Assembly (NCBI GenBank): GCA_017415775.1
Contig: JAFQFC010000063.1
Location: 836 to 64,835, forward strand
DNA: 64,000 bases
From: Oscillospiraceae bacterium
GTDB lineage: Bacteria > Bacillota > Clostridia > Oscillospirales > Oscillospiraceae
Direction: 5' to 3'
The notes under the pieces were generated by a model, which had not been told where the DNA came from, searched no databases, and saw only the letters and a program-made list of their open reading frames with translations. The position numbers and the translations under genes were made by a program. Positions 9,460 through 19,358 of this stretch are shown one piece after another; position 1 is the first letter of the stretch; each line of letters opens with the position of its first letter.

Positions 9460-10248
9460 TTATTCGTCTACCGGCACCACGATGACATGCACGCCTTCCT
9501 TGCGGATCTCGTCGCAGTACTCCTCCGCCACACCGTCATCTGTCACCAGAATATCCACCTCATTCAAGGCACAGGTAACGCTCTTGCCGTGCTGACCGAT
9601 CTTCTGACTGCCGCAGACCACGATGGTCTGGTCCGACTGCTCCATGTACACATGTCCTCTCCTGGTGTTGGGGGGATAGTCGGCGGTAACACCGTGTCTG
9701 GCCGTCACACCGTCACAGCTGATGAAACACTTGTCGGCGCAAAAGCGGCGATACATGGAATATTCGCCCTGACAGTTGATATAGTACTCGTTGGGATCCA
9801 GCATACCACCGATGACATAGATGGTATTGCCGGTGTCGGCCAGCTCATTGATGATGCTCAGGTTGCTGGTAATGATGGTCAGGTTGGAAAAACGGCGCAG
9901 GTACTTGGACACCTCGTAAACAGTGGTACCGGTACCCATCATGATGGTTTCTCCCTCTTTGACCATCGCCGCTGCCGCCTTGGCAATGGCCTGTTTTCTG
10001 CGGTATGCCTCATTGTCCGGACCCTCGTCCGCAGACAGGATTAAATTGGCACTCAGCTCCTCCGGCTCTACCGTCAGCACGGCACCGCCGTGGATACGGC
10101 GCACGATCTTCTGATCCTGCAGCACATCCAGATCGCGCCGCACCGTCAGGGTCGCAACACCGAACCGATTCGCCAGATCTGCGATCTTTACCACACGCTT
10201 CTCCCGCAGCTGCTCGATGATGATGGCTTGTCTTTCACAGGCTAACAT
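9460..10248 (-). CDS. DeoR/GlpR-family transcriptional regulator
   Basis: TVRRDL HTH, RIHGGA, GTGTT sensor motif. Confidence 0.92.
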   Translation of the reverse strand: MLACERQAIIIEQLREKRVVKIADLANRFGVATLTVRRDLDVLQDQKIVRRIHGGAVLTVEPEELSANLILSADEGPDNEAYRRKQAIAKAAAAMVKEGETIMMGTGTTVYEVSKYLRRFSNLTIITSNLSIINELADTGNTIYVIGGMLDPNEYYINCQGEYSMYRRFCADKCFISCDGVTARHGVTADYPPNTRRGHVYMEQSDQTIVVCGSQKIGQHGKSVTCALNEVDILVTDDGVAEEYCDEIRKEGVHVIVVPVDE

Positions 10249-10333
10249 ATCCCTCTTCCTCCCCGTTGTTTCCGGCAGGCCGGCCGGTCTGTTTTGTCTA
10301 TTATATCACACTTCTGCCAAATGGCAACGGAAT

Positions 10334-10442
10334 TGTTCAAAAGTGAACAGCCGCCCTGCAGTAATTGAACGGAAATGTTTTCCTTATATCCCGTCTTTCT
10401 CACCGCCATCCCATTGACTTTGCTTCGTGAAAAATGTATCAT
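10334..10442 (+). promoter_or_regulatory. Candidate DeoR operator and sigmaA promoter
   Basis: Palindrome TGTTCA-aaag-TGAACA (10334-10349); TTGACT(10414-10419)-17bp-TATCAT(10437-10442). Confidence 0.6.
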
Positions 10443-10509
10443 GGAAATGTTGATTACGACCTGACGGCCGCCTGATCTTTTTTGCAATCAAAATATTTAT
10501 ACTAGGAGA

Positions 10510-12033
10510 ATGAGCGCCATGAGCAAGAAAATCTTTGTCTGCGAACTGCTGCAGGAATCCAACTCTTTCAACCCCGTCCTGGCCACTTACGAGGACTTTG
10601 AGAATGTAGGCATCTTTGAAGGCGAGGCCCTGGTGCAGGGCGGCGAAAAGGCCGGCAACACCCTGCACGGCGCCATGACCGCCATCTATGAGCGGGGCTA
10701 CACCCCCGTGGGCGGTGTGCGCATGCGTGCCAAGAGTGGCGGCCCTGTGGATCACAAGGTGGTCGACTGGTTCCTGGAAAAGACCGTGGCCGGTCTGAAG
10801 GCCGCCGGTGAACTGGCCGGCGTGGTGGTCTCCCTCCACGGCGCCACCCAGTCCGACGTGTCCGACGATGTCTGCGGCGACATTCTGACCGTGGTGCGTG
10901 AGGCCGTGGGCCAGGACATGATCGTCACCGCCGCCTGCGACCTCCACGGCAATATCACCCAGCGCATGATGGAAGCCGCCGACCATCTGTGCGGCTACCA
11001 GACCTACCCCCATCTGGACCACTACGGCGTGGGCTACCGTGCCGCCGTGCTGGCTCTGGACACCATTGAGGGCAAGCCCCTGAAGACCGCCCGGGTGGAG
11101 ATCCCCATGATGGCTCCCGCCCACGGCTACTCCACCACCCGCGGCAGCCTGAAAGCTCTCATGGAAAAGGGTCACGCTCTGGTGAAGGAAGGCAAGATCG
11201 CCGACTTCTCCGTGTTCCAGGTGCAGCCCTGGCTGGACGTGCCCAAGATCGGTTCCGTGGTGCTGGTCACCGCCGAGGATGCCGAGTATGCCAAGGCCGT
11301 GGCCGCTGAGATGGCCGCCGATGAGTTCGCTCTGCGTGCCGAGCTGCAGGGCGAGAAGCTGTGGGACATCCCCTCCGTGGTGCAGGCCGCCATCGACAAT
11401 ACCGTTGACAAGCCCGTCATTCTGGTGGACAGCGCCGACTCCCCCAACGCCGGTGCCTGCGGCGACAGCGCCACCGTGCTGGAATACGTGCTGCCCTATC
11501 GTGACACCCTGCGTGTGGCTTTCTCCTGCAACGACGTGGACGCCGTGGCTAAGGCCTATGCCCTGGGCGTGGGCGCCACCGCCGACTTTACGCTGGGTGC
11601 CTCTCTGGCTCCCGAGCTGAGCAAGCCGGTGGAAGTGAAGGACTGCCTGGTGCGCAGCCTCCACGACGGTGAGTTCATTCTGGGCGGCCCCGCTGAGCGT
11701 GGCCAGCGCCGTTCCCTGGGCCGCAGCGTGGTGCTGCAGGCCGGCCAGATCTTCATTCTGGTGACCGAGCGTGGCCAGAACAACGGCGACCTGCAGTTCT
11801 ACCGTGGCTTCGGCATTGAGCCTACCCTGTGCCGTCTGGTGGATGTGAAGGCCTGCTCTTCCTTCCGTGCCGGCTACGAGCCCGTGTCCGCCCTGATCTG
11901 CAACTCCGTCACCCCCGGCGCTGCCGGTCCCGAGCTGCAGGCACTGCCTTTCAAGAAGGTGCCCGCCCCCTTCTATCCCTTCCAAGAGATCACCGCCGAC
12001 CAGATCTCCGCTCCCGTGTGCCATCGCGCCTGA
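10510..12033 (+). CDS. MlrC-like M81 family metallo-hydrolase
   Basis: QESNSF, SLHGA, DLHGN, YQTYPHLD, DSADSPNAG. Confidence 0.85.
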   Translation: MSAMSKKIFVCELLQESNSFNPVLATYEDFENVGIFEGEALVQGGEKAGNTLHGAMTAIYERGYTPVGGVRMRAKSGGPVDHKVVDWFLEKTVAGLKAAGELAGVVVSLHGATQSDVSDDVCGDILTVVREAVGQDMIVTAACDLHGNITQRMMEAADHLCGYQTYPHLDHYGVGYRAAVLALDTIEGKPLKTARVEIPMMAPAHGYSTTRGSLKALMEKGHALVKEGKIADFSVFQVQPWLDVPKIGSVVLVTAEDAEYAKAVAAEMAADEFALRAELQGEKLWDIPSVVQAAIDNTVDKPVILVDSADSPNAGACGDSATVLEYVLPYRDTLRVAFSCNDVDAVAKAYALGVGATADFTLGASLAPELSKPVEVKDCLVRSLHDGEFILGGPAERGQRRSLGRSVVLQAGQIFILVTERGQNNGDLQFYRGFGIEPTLCRLVDVKACSSFRAGYEPVSALICNSVTPGAAGPELQALPFKKVPAPFYPFQEITADQISAPVCHRA

Positions 12034-12132
12034 AAGCTACCACAGCGGCACCGTCAAACATAGCAAGTTTTTCGCAGCGTGCCGATGCATCCCATCGGCA
12101 CGCTGCGCTCTTTTTTCACAAGGAGGAACCTT

Positions 12133-13635
12133 ATGCGTTATATTATCGCCTTTGATGTAGGCACCACCGCCGTAAAGGCCGTGTGTATTGACCGGGAAAC
12201 CGGCAAGCTGACCACCGGCAAAGCCGACTGCGAGCTGTACATTCCCCAGCTGAACTATGCCGAGCAGGATCCTCAGCAGCTGTGGGATGCCGTGTGCACC
12301 GCCTGCCGGGAATGTGTGGCCAAGGCACAGATCGATCTTGCTCAGATCGGCGGCGTGGTCATCTGCGCTCCCTGGAAAAATATCATCCCGCTGGATGCAG
12401 ACGGCAATGTGCTGCACCGCAGCATGATCTGGATGGACGCCCGTGCCATCCCTCAGGCCGCTAAGCTGAACAAATCCATGCAGACCGACGGTTTCACCGG
12501 TCAGGACTACTTCGCCCGCCTGCTGTGGCTGAAGGAGACCTATCCCGACATCTGGAACAAGGCCGCTCACATCGTGGGCCTCAACTGCTATTTCAAGTAC
12601 CGTGCTACCGGCAACTTCTATACCGAGTGCGGTGAAGATTTCATCCACACCCCCAATCCCACCGTGCAGGCGCATTATGACAATATCATGCGTCACTGCG
12701 GCTTCACGGAGGAGGATCTGGCCAAATTCCCGCCCTCTCTGCCCTCCACCGCCGTCATGGGCCACGTAACGGACGAAGCCGCAGCGCAGCTGGGCCTGAT
12801 CCCCGGCCTGCCCGTGGTGGGCGGCTTCGGCGATCTCAACGCCATCACCTTCGGCTGCGGCTGCATCGAGGACAATATGGCCCACATCTATCTGGGCACC
12901 TCCGGTTGGCTGTGCGAAACAAAGAACGAGCGGGTTCCCGGCTATGGCCGCGGTCACTTCACGCTGGACGAGAAGCACGAGAATACCCTCTTCGGCATCC
13001 AGACCGGCGGCCGGGCCTACGACTGGCTGATCAACCAGTTCTACCTGGGTGAGCGGAAGGAGCTGGGGGACGCTGTGTTTGAATTCGTCAATCAGGAAAT
13101 CGCCACCGTTGCCCCCGGCTGCAACGGCCTGATCGCCACCCACTGGCTGGGCGGCGAGCTGCCTCCCCTGGCAGCCAAAAACGCCAAGGCACTCTTCTTC
13201 AACATCACCGATCAGCACGAGCGCAAGCACTTTGCCCGTGCCATGCTGGAAAGCATCTGCTTTACCCACCGCCTTTCTCTGGGCTACTACATTGCCGCCC
13301 ACGGCGGCCGGAAGCCCGACAGCATCCGTGTGGTAGGCGGCGGCGCCATGAGCGAAGCGTGGATGCAGATGATGGCCGATATCCTGCAGATCCCCGTCCG
13401 GGTCCCCGCCAATCCCCGGTTTGTGGGCACCATGGGTGCCTACTACTGCGCCATGATCGGTCTGGGCCTTGCCAGGGATTATGCCGACGCCATCGCTTCC
13501 CAGAGCCTGGGCGAGGAGACGGTGTACACCCCCAATCCCGACAACTTCGCCGTGTACGACAAGAATTTCTCCATTTACAGCAAGCTCTACCGGACCCTCA
13601 AACCCCTCTACGACGAGATCAACGGCGTGTATTAA
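12133..13635 (+). CDS. FGGY-family carbohydrate kinase (xylulokinase-like, divergent)
   Basis: DVGTT, EQDP, WMDARA, GTSG, VVGGGA. Confidence 0.88.
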   Translation: MRYIIAFDVGTTAVKAVCIDRETGKLTTGKADCELYIPQLNYAEQDPQQLWDAVCTACRECVAKAQIDLAQIGGVVICAPWKNIIPLDADGNVLHRSMIWMDARAIPQAAKLNKSMQTDGFTGQDYFARLLWLKETYPDIWNKAAHIVGLNCYFKYRATGNFYTECGEDFIHTPNPTVQAHYDNIMRHCGFTEEDLAKFPPSLPSTAVMGHVTDEAAAQLGLIPGLPVVGGFGDLNAITFGCGCIEDNMAHIYLGTSGWLCETKNERVPGYGRGHFTLDEKHENTLFGIQTGGRAYDWLINQFYLGERKELGDAVFEFVNQEIATVAPGCNGLIATHWLGGELPPLAAKNAKALFFNITDQHERKHFARAMLESICFTHRLSLGYYIAAHGGRKPDSIRVVGGGAMSEAWMQMMADILQIPVRVPANPRFVGTMGAYYCAMIGLGLARDYADAIASQSLGEETVYTPNPDNFAVYDKNFSIYSKLYRTLKPLYDEINGVY

Positions 13636-13788
13636 GCGAAAACAGCAGTCACCTTGCAGTGGCTGCTGTTTTTTTTGTGGAAACCCGGTGGACTTTTTGC
13701 TATGATTTATAAAGAAACAAAAAATATCCCGCCGCAAAACCTGTCTATAAAGATGAAGGGCACAGCGCCCGGGAAAGGAGGGAACACC

Positions 13789-14346
13789 GTGGAAGACAGC
13801 CAGATCATCGAACTGTATTGGCAGCGAGACGAGCAGGCCATCGCCGAAACCGCACAAAAATACGGTGCCTTTTGTTTTACCATCGCCAGCAGCATCCTGA
13901 CCGTCCGCGAGGATGCCGAAGAGTGCGTCAACGACACCTACCATCAGGTTTGGAACGCCATCCCGCCCCAGCGTCCCGTCCGCCTCCGGCCTTGGTTGGG
14001 ACGGATCGTCCGCAACGCCGCCATCAATCTCTGGAATAAAAACCACACCCAAAAGCGATATGCCGGGATGACGGCGCTGCTTCACGAACTGGAGGAATGC
14101 ATCCCCGCTCCTCAAACCGCCGAGCAGTCACTGGAAGAAAAAGAACTGACCCAGAGCATTGAGCGTTGGCTGCGCACTCTTTCCCCGGAAGACCGTATCC
14201 TGTTTATTCGCCGCTACTGGTACGGTGTCCCCCTGCAGGAGCTGGCTGCCCAACAGGGCATCCTTCCCGGCAAGTTAGCCGGACGGATGCATCGGCTTCG
14301 CAACGAGTTAAAGACGGTTTTAGAAAGGGAAGGGATCTGTCTATGA
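13789..14346 (+). CDS. ECF sigma-70 factor (GTG start)
   Basis: VEDSQIIELYW, DAEECVNDTY, region 4 FIRRYWYG. Confidence 0.88.
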   Translation: MEDSQIIELYWQRDEQAIAETAQKYGAFCFTIASSILTVREDAEECVNDTYHQVWNAIPPQRPVRLRPWLGRIVRNAAINLWNKNHTQKRYAGMTALLHELEECIPAPQTAEQSLEEKELTQSIERWLRTLSPEDRILFIRRYWYGVPLQELAAQQGILPGKLAGRMHRLRNELKTVLEREGICL

Positions 14347-15614
14347 GTGAGCATCAGGCAAAAAAGCTGTTTGACAGCATGAGTAATATCAGCGACGAAC
14401 TGGTGGAGGAGGCCTATCCGGTCAAATCCGCTCGCCAAAAAAAAACTTGGCTCAAATGGTGTGCCGCAGCAGCATGTCTTTGTCTGGTAGTTGGCGGTAT
14501 CTTTGCTGCCATCCGCAACACCGGCAATCCGATCCTTCGGGCCGAAGATATCTGGCGTGGGGCAATGCTGCTGGGCGGCAGCGACACCTCCGAAGATTAC
14601 AGCCTCCGCCACTTCGATACGAACGAAACGGTTCTCACCTCCCCCGTCCGAGACGAACGGGACGCACAGGTGCTGTCCGTCTACCGCTCCATGGCGCCGA
14701 AAAGCAGCGACGACAACTACCAGCTGCTGTTGACATGGGCCGACGAACTGACACAGCGGGCCAAGGACCAACTGGGCATCAAGTTGGTGCGTGATCAGGT
14801 ATACTCCTATCAAGACCCCTACGACAGCAGCAAGCCGGAAACCAATGAATTCTCCAACTATTATCTGGAAATGCCGCTGATTTATCAGGATGCCACGCTG
14901 ACGCTCAGATGCACCTCCGAAGGCAGTCTCACGTATTATTGGCTCTCCGATATCGAGCAGCTGTATACGGCAGCTTTCGGCCCCCTTGCTCTGCCCGGAG
15001 ATGCCAGTGACGCACAGCTCCTCGCCGCCGTTGAAAAGCTGGTCGACTTTGTCAACGCCCTCACCGGCCGGAACTATACCGCAGAGGGCGCACAACTCTA
15101 CCGCTCCGACAATCAGCCGGACAAAGTCTCCCTCCACCTGCACCGCACCGACCTCCCCGGTACGGATCTGAGTCGGGAGATGATGGCCAATTGCGGCGAT
15201 CTGTCCATCGGATTGGAGGTCGTCCACGGCCGGTACGAAATCAGGAGCATCTCCCTTCTGGAGGAGTACTATGAACTTGTGGGGGACTACGAGCTGATCT
15301 CTCTGGCCGAGGCGGAGGAATACGTCCGCAAGGGCCTTACCTTCGGTGGCGTCTATTGTGTCCTCTGCCGTGCCCAGTCCGACCTCCCGGCGCTGGATTT
15401 CTCCGATTATGACTATGTGCAGGTGGAATATTACAACACGGGCTACGCCGTGCCCCACTATGCCTTTTACAAGCAGCTGGAAACGGTCGACGATGGAGGT
15501 GGCAAAACATACGGCGTTGTCTACGTTCCCGCCGTTAAAGTACAGGGCGTCAAACAGTTTTTACACCAGCGGGCGCAGGAACATGCTTCCCTTCTCCACG
15601 CCGCTGAAAATTGA
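14343..15614 (+). CDS. Putative anti-sigma factor, single TM
   Basis: ATGA overlap with sigma gene; LFDSMSNISDELVEEA, WCAAAACLCLVVGG TM, large C-terminal domain. Confidence 0.7.
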   Translation: MSEHQAKKLFDSMSNISDELVEEAYPVKSARQKKTWLKWCAAAACLCLVVGGIFAAIRNTGNPILRAEDIWRGAMLLGGSDTSEDYSLRHFDTNETVLTSPVRDERDAQVLSVYRSMAPKSSDDNYQLLLTWADELTQRAKDQLGIKLVRDQVYSYQDPYDSSKPETNEFSNYYLEMPLIYQDATLTLRCTSEGSLTYYWLSDIEQLYTAAFGPLALPGDASDAQLLAAVEKLVDFVNALTGRNYTAEGAQLYRSDNQPDKVSLHLHRTDLPGTDLSREMMANCGDLSIGLEVVHGRYEIRSISLLEEYYELVGDYELISLAEAEEYVRKGLTFGGVYCVLCRAQSDLPALDFSDYDYVQVEYYNTGYAVPHYAFYKQLETVDDGGGKTYGVVYVPAVKVQGVKQFLHQRAQEHASLLHAAEN

Positions 15615-15659
15615 AAAAGACCGGAAGAGCACAGCTCTTCCGGTCTCTTTTTGCACAAT

Positions 15660-17402
15660 TTACATCTTCTCGGGGGCGGAGCTGCCGATCAGTTCCATAC
15701 CGTTGCGCAGCACGCTGCGGACGGTGTCGGCCAGCTTCAGGCGGGCGCGCAGAACAGGCTCTGCCTCGCCCTTGATGCGGCAGGCGTTGTAGAACTTGTG
15801 GAACGCAGCAGCCAGATCGATGAGGTAGCGGTTGATGTGGCTGGGGTCGTAGTTCTGTGCGGCCAGACGGACGGCCTCGCAGTACACGGCCAGCTGCTTG
15901 ATGAGGTTGATCTCACTCTCATCGCTCAGCACAGCGAAGTCCACCTCAGCGGCGGCAGGCACGGTGTAGCCCTCGCTCTCCAGATTCTTCAGCAGGGTGC
16001 AGATGCGGGCGTGGGCGTACTGGACGTAGTACACGGGGTTTTCGCTGTCTTCACGGACGGCCAGGCCCAGATCGAAGTCCATCTGAGTCTCGGGCTTGGC
16101 GTTGAAGAAGTAGCGGCAGGCATCCACCGGCACCATGTCGAGGAGGTCGGTCAGGCTGATGGCCTTGCCGGTACGCTTGGACATACGCACCACCTCGCCG
16201 TCCTGCATCAGCTTCACCAGCTGCATCAGCACGATGTCCAGACGCTCCGTGCCGTTGAGGCCCAGGGCGTCCATAGCGCCCTTCAGGCGGGCCACATGGC
16301 CGTGATGGTCAGCACCCCAGATGTTGATGACCTTGTCGAAGCCACGGACAGCAAACTTGTTGCGGTGATAGGCGATGTCGGCGGCAAAGTAGGTGTAGAA
16401 GCCGTTGGCACGGCGCAGCACGTCATCCTTCAGGCCCAGCTTCTCGATGTCGGCATCGGACTTGCCGGCCTTCTTCAGGTTCTCGGCCATGATCTGGCTG
16501 GTCTTCAGCCACAGAGCGCCGTCCTTTTCGTAGGTATAGCCACGTTCGGTCAGCATGGCCACGGAATCAGCCACGTAGCCGCTCTCGTGCAGGCTGGACT
16601 CGAAGAACCACTCGTCGTAGTGGATGCCGTAGCGGGCCAGATCGGTCTTCATCTTGGGAATGTTGTGGCTCAGGCCGAACTGGGCCAGCGCCTCGTGACG
16701 CTCGGCAACATCGGCATCGGCGTACTTGTCGCCCTCCTGCTCGTAGAAAGCCTTGGCCAGCTCACGGATGTCGTCGCCGTGATAGCCGTCCTCAGGGAAG
16801 GGGATGGCATCCTCGCCGTGGATGATCTGCAGGTAGCGGGCCTCCAGGCTGCTGGCAAATTTCTCGATCTGGTTGCCGGCGTCGTTGACGTAGAACTCAC
16901 GCCACACATCGGCGCCGGACTTGGCCAGCACGGCAGCCAGGGTGTCGCCCAGCACGCCGCCGCGGGCGTTGCCCATGTGCATGGGACCGGTGGGGTTGGC
17001 GGACACGAACTCCACCATATACTTCTGACCGTACAGCATGGTGTTGCTGCCGTAGTCGCCGCCCTCAGCCTCAATGCAGGCCACGGTGTCGGCGAACCAC
17101 TTGGTGCCCAGACGGAAGTTCAGGAAGCCGGGGCCGGCCATCTCCACGGAGGTGAAGTAAGAACCCTCCAGCTCCATATGGTCCATCAGGATCTGAGCCA
17201 CCTGACGGGGATTCATCCGCATCGCCTTGGCAGCAGCCAGGCAGAAGGTGGTGGTATAGTCACCGTTGGCAGTATCCTTGGGGATCTCCACGGCAGGCTT
17301 CACAGTAACGCCCTCGGGCAGCAGACCGGCGGCAGCCGCCTTCTCATAAGCAGCCCAGGTCAGGCTCAGCACCTGTACTCTTGCATTCTGGATCATATTC
17401 AT
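15660..17402 (-). CDS. argS: Arginine--tRNA ligase
   Basis: EFVSANPTGPMHMGN, MSKRTG, YVQYAHARI. Confidence 0.97.
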   Translation of the reverse strand: MNMIQNARVQVLSLTWAAYEKAAAAGLLPEGVTVKPAVEIPKDTANGDYTTTFCLAAAKAMRMNPRQVAQILMDHMELEGSYFTSVEMAGPGFLNFRLGTKWFADTVACIEAEGGDYGSNTMLYGQKYMVEFVSANPTGPMHMGNARGGVLGDTLAAVLAKSGADVWREFYVNDAGNQIEKFASSLEARYLQIIHGEDAIPFPEDGYHGDDIRELAKAFYEQEGDKYADADVAERHEALAQFGLSHNIPKMKTDLARYGIHYDEWFFESSLHESGYVADSVAMLTERGYTYEKDGALWLKTSQIMAENLKKAGKSDADIEKLGLKDDVLRRANGFYTYFAADIAYHRNKFAVRGFDKVINIWGADHHGHVARLKGAMDALGLNGTERLDIVLMQLVKLMQDGEVVRMSKRTGKAISLTDLLDMVPVDACRYFFNAKPETQMDFDLGLAVREDSENPVYYVQYAHARICTLLKNLESEGYTVPAAAEVDFAVLSDESEINLIKQLAVYCEAVRLAAQNYDPSHINRYLIDLAAAFHKFYNACRIKGEAEPVLRARLKLADTVRSVLRNGMELIGSSAPEKM

Positions 17403-17416
17403 TGCGTTCTCTCTCC

Positions 17417-17830
17417 TCATTCGTATGTCAAATAGACCGTCAGGTGCAGATCAGACACCGTCTGTCCCAGCACGGTCAGTGTATAGTCCATAATGATCCG
17501 GCCCGGCGTCTCCTCCAGCTGCCACGTAAGGCTGCGGGTATGGACATCCATGGTCAGCGTCCCCATAGCCGTAGGGATCCGGGCTTGGGTGATCTTTTTT
17601 TCGTCCAGCATCATCGTGTAGTTGCCGGTGATGTTGCGCAGCGTAGCCACACCGTTCTCCAGCCGCAGATCGGTGGCCAGATGGCTGCCGTCAGGGGAAG
17701 CAGCGGTGTAGCGCAGGTGCCAGCCCTCGCCTTCCCGGCGCAGCAGACCCTTGCCGGCAAAGGCCAGCTTATCCTCGCCGCCCTCATAGCGGCTGCGGGA
17801 CAGGATGGTGACGTTCACATGTCCTTCCAT
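17417..17830 (-). CDS. DUF1934-like protein
   Basis: Beta-rich protein of about 137 aa with TAMG motif, directly upstream of argS. Confidence 0.65.
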   Translation of the reverse strand: MEGHVNVTILSRSRYEGGEDKLAFAGKGLLRREGEGWHLRYTAASPDGSHLATDLRLENGVATLRNITGNYTMMLDEKKITQARIPTAMGTLTMDVHTRSLTWQLEETPGRIIMDYTLTVLGQTVSDLHLTVYLTYE

Positions 17831-17838
17831 GGCCCACC

Positions 17839-18651
17839 TCAATACTGCTCGATGTTGACACTGCGGACGGTTCCCTGCAGCTCCTGCTGCAAAAACCGGC
17901 CTGCCAGCTGGGCAAAGTCATCAGGACGGTCGCTGGCGTAGAGGGTGGTCTCGCCCGACGCTGCGTCGGACAGCATACCGTGGCGCTCCAGCGTGCGCTT
18001 CAGCTCCCATGCGGCTTCCTGGCCCACATTGATGAGTGTCACGTCGGAACCCATAATGTCGGCAATGATCTCCGTCAGCAGGGGGTAGTGGGTGCAGCCC
18101 AGGATCAGCGTATCCAATCCCTGATCCTTCATCGGCTCCAGATACTCCCGGGCCACCGTTTCGATAACGATGTCGCCCCGATGGAACCGGCCGTTCTCCA
18201 CCAGCGGCACAAACAGGGGGCAGGCCCGGCTGATGACCTGAATCTCCGGGTCGATGCTGTGCAGCGTCCGCTCGTACGCCCCGGAATGGACCGAGGCTGC
18301 CGTGGCGATCAGGCCCACCCGCTTGTTGCGGGTTTTGGCGGCAGCCCGGCGGCAGGCAGGCTCCACCACACCCAGAATGGGCAGGTCGTTCTCCCGCTGC
18401 AGGGCAGGCAGCGCCGTGGTGGACACGGTGCCGCAGGCCACCAGAATGGCCTTGATGTCAAACGACCGCAGGAAATGCACATCCTGCCGTGCATAGTGAT
18501 GCAGGATCTCGCTGCTGCGTCCGCCGTAGGGCACACGGGACGTGTCGCCGAAGTATATAATGTTTTCAGAGGGCAGAATGCTTCTCAGCTCCCGCACGGC
18601 GGTCAGTCCGCCCAGTCCGGAGTCGAAAACACCCACACTTCTGCGATCCAT
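17839..18651 (-). CDS. murI: Glutamate racemase
   Basis: FDSGLGGLT, PYG, ACGT, LGCTHYP. Confidence 0.95.
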   Translation of the reverse strand: MDRRSVGVFDSGLGGLTAVRELRSILPSENIIYFGDTSRVPYGGRSSEILHHYARQDVHFLRSFDIKAILVACGTVSTTALPALQRENDLPILGVVEPACRRAAAKTRNKRVGLIATAASVHSGAYERTLHSIDPEIQVISRACPLFVPLVENGRFHRGDIVIETVAREYLEPMKDQGLDTLILGCTHYPLLTEIIADIMGSDVTLINVGQEAAWELKRTLERHGMLSDAASGETTLYASDRPDDFAQLAGRFLQQELQGTVRSVNIEQY

Positions 18652-18806
18652 AGCGCTGCCTCCTTCATCGCACATGATAACTAATTTATTATACTCTCCA
18701 ACTGCCCGATACACAAGCTAAATTTTGGCCCTTTTCCCCTGTTTTTTCAGTAGTAATTCCCCCGAACCTCTGGTATAATGCTTCTAAAGTCACATTGGGA
18801 GGTGAC

Positions 18807-19220
18807 ATGATGGAGATCAAACTCACGCAAAAGCAGTTCCGGCGTCTGCTGGATCTGGTCTATATCGGCAACTGGGTCCTCAATTCCACCCGCGGCGACG
18901 ACCGCATCCGCCAGTACGATGAGGTGGAAAGCCTGATTTTTTCCCATTGCCTCAGCCACGGCATGTCCTCTTTGACGGAACTGTACGAAGGAGAGCTGAT
19001 CCCCTCCCGGGCTTTCGCCGAGGGCGGCATCCACGAGGCCATCATGGCTTACGAGGATGTGACCTTCTTCGAGATTCTGGCTCAGGAACTGGCCCTGCGG
19101 GACATGGACGATCCCCCCATCACGCCGGAAAACTACGATGAGATCATGGAGCGCATGGGCGTGTACTTAATGGAGTTCGAGCAAAACGGCACGGACAACA
19201 TCAGCGTGGATATGGAGTAA
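18807..19220 (+). CDS. Hypothetical acidic protein
   Basis: GGAGG RBS, extended -10 TGGTATAAT upstream, terminator downstream. Confidence 0.75.
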   Translation: MMEIKLTQKQFRRLLDLVYIGNWVLNSTRGDDRIRQYDEVESLIFSHCLSHGMSSLTELYEGELIPSRAFAEGGIHEAIMAYEDVTFFEILAQELALRDMDDPPITPENYDEIMERMGVYLMEFEQNGTDNISVDME

Positions 19221-19301
19221 AAAGGAGCGCCGTCGGGGGCGCTCCTTTTCTTGTCTCCGCCGACTTTTTCGTGTAAAATAAAGAAAAGCACAAAAAACCT
19301 C

Positions 19302-19332
19302 TTGACTGTCAAGAGACTTGACAGCTTATCAT
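19302..19332 (+). promoter_or_regulatory. MerR-type promoter/operator
   Basis: TTGACT-19bp-TATCAT with dyad CTGTCAAG-aga-CTTGACAG. Confidence 0.85.
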
Positions 19333-19358
19333 AGCCCCAAAGAGAAAGGAGGCTGCCT

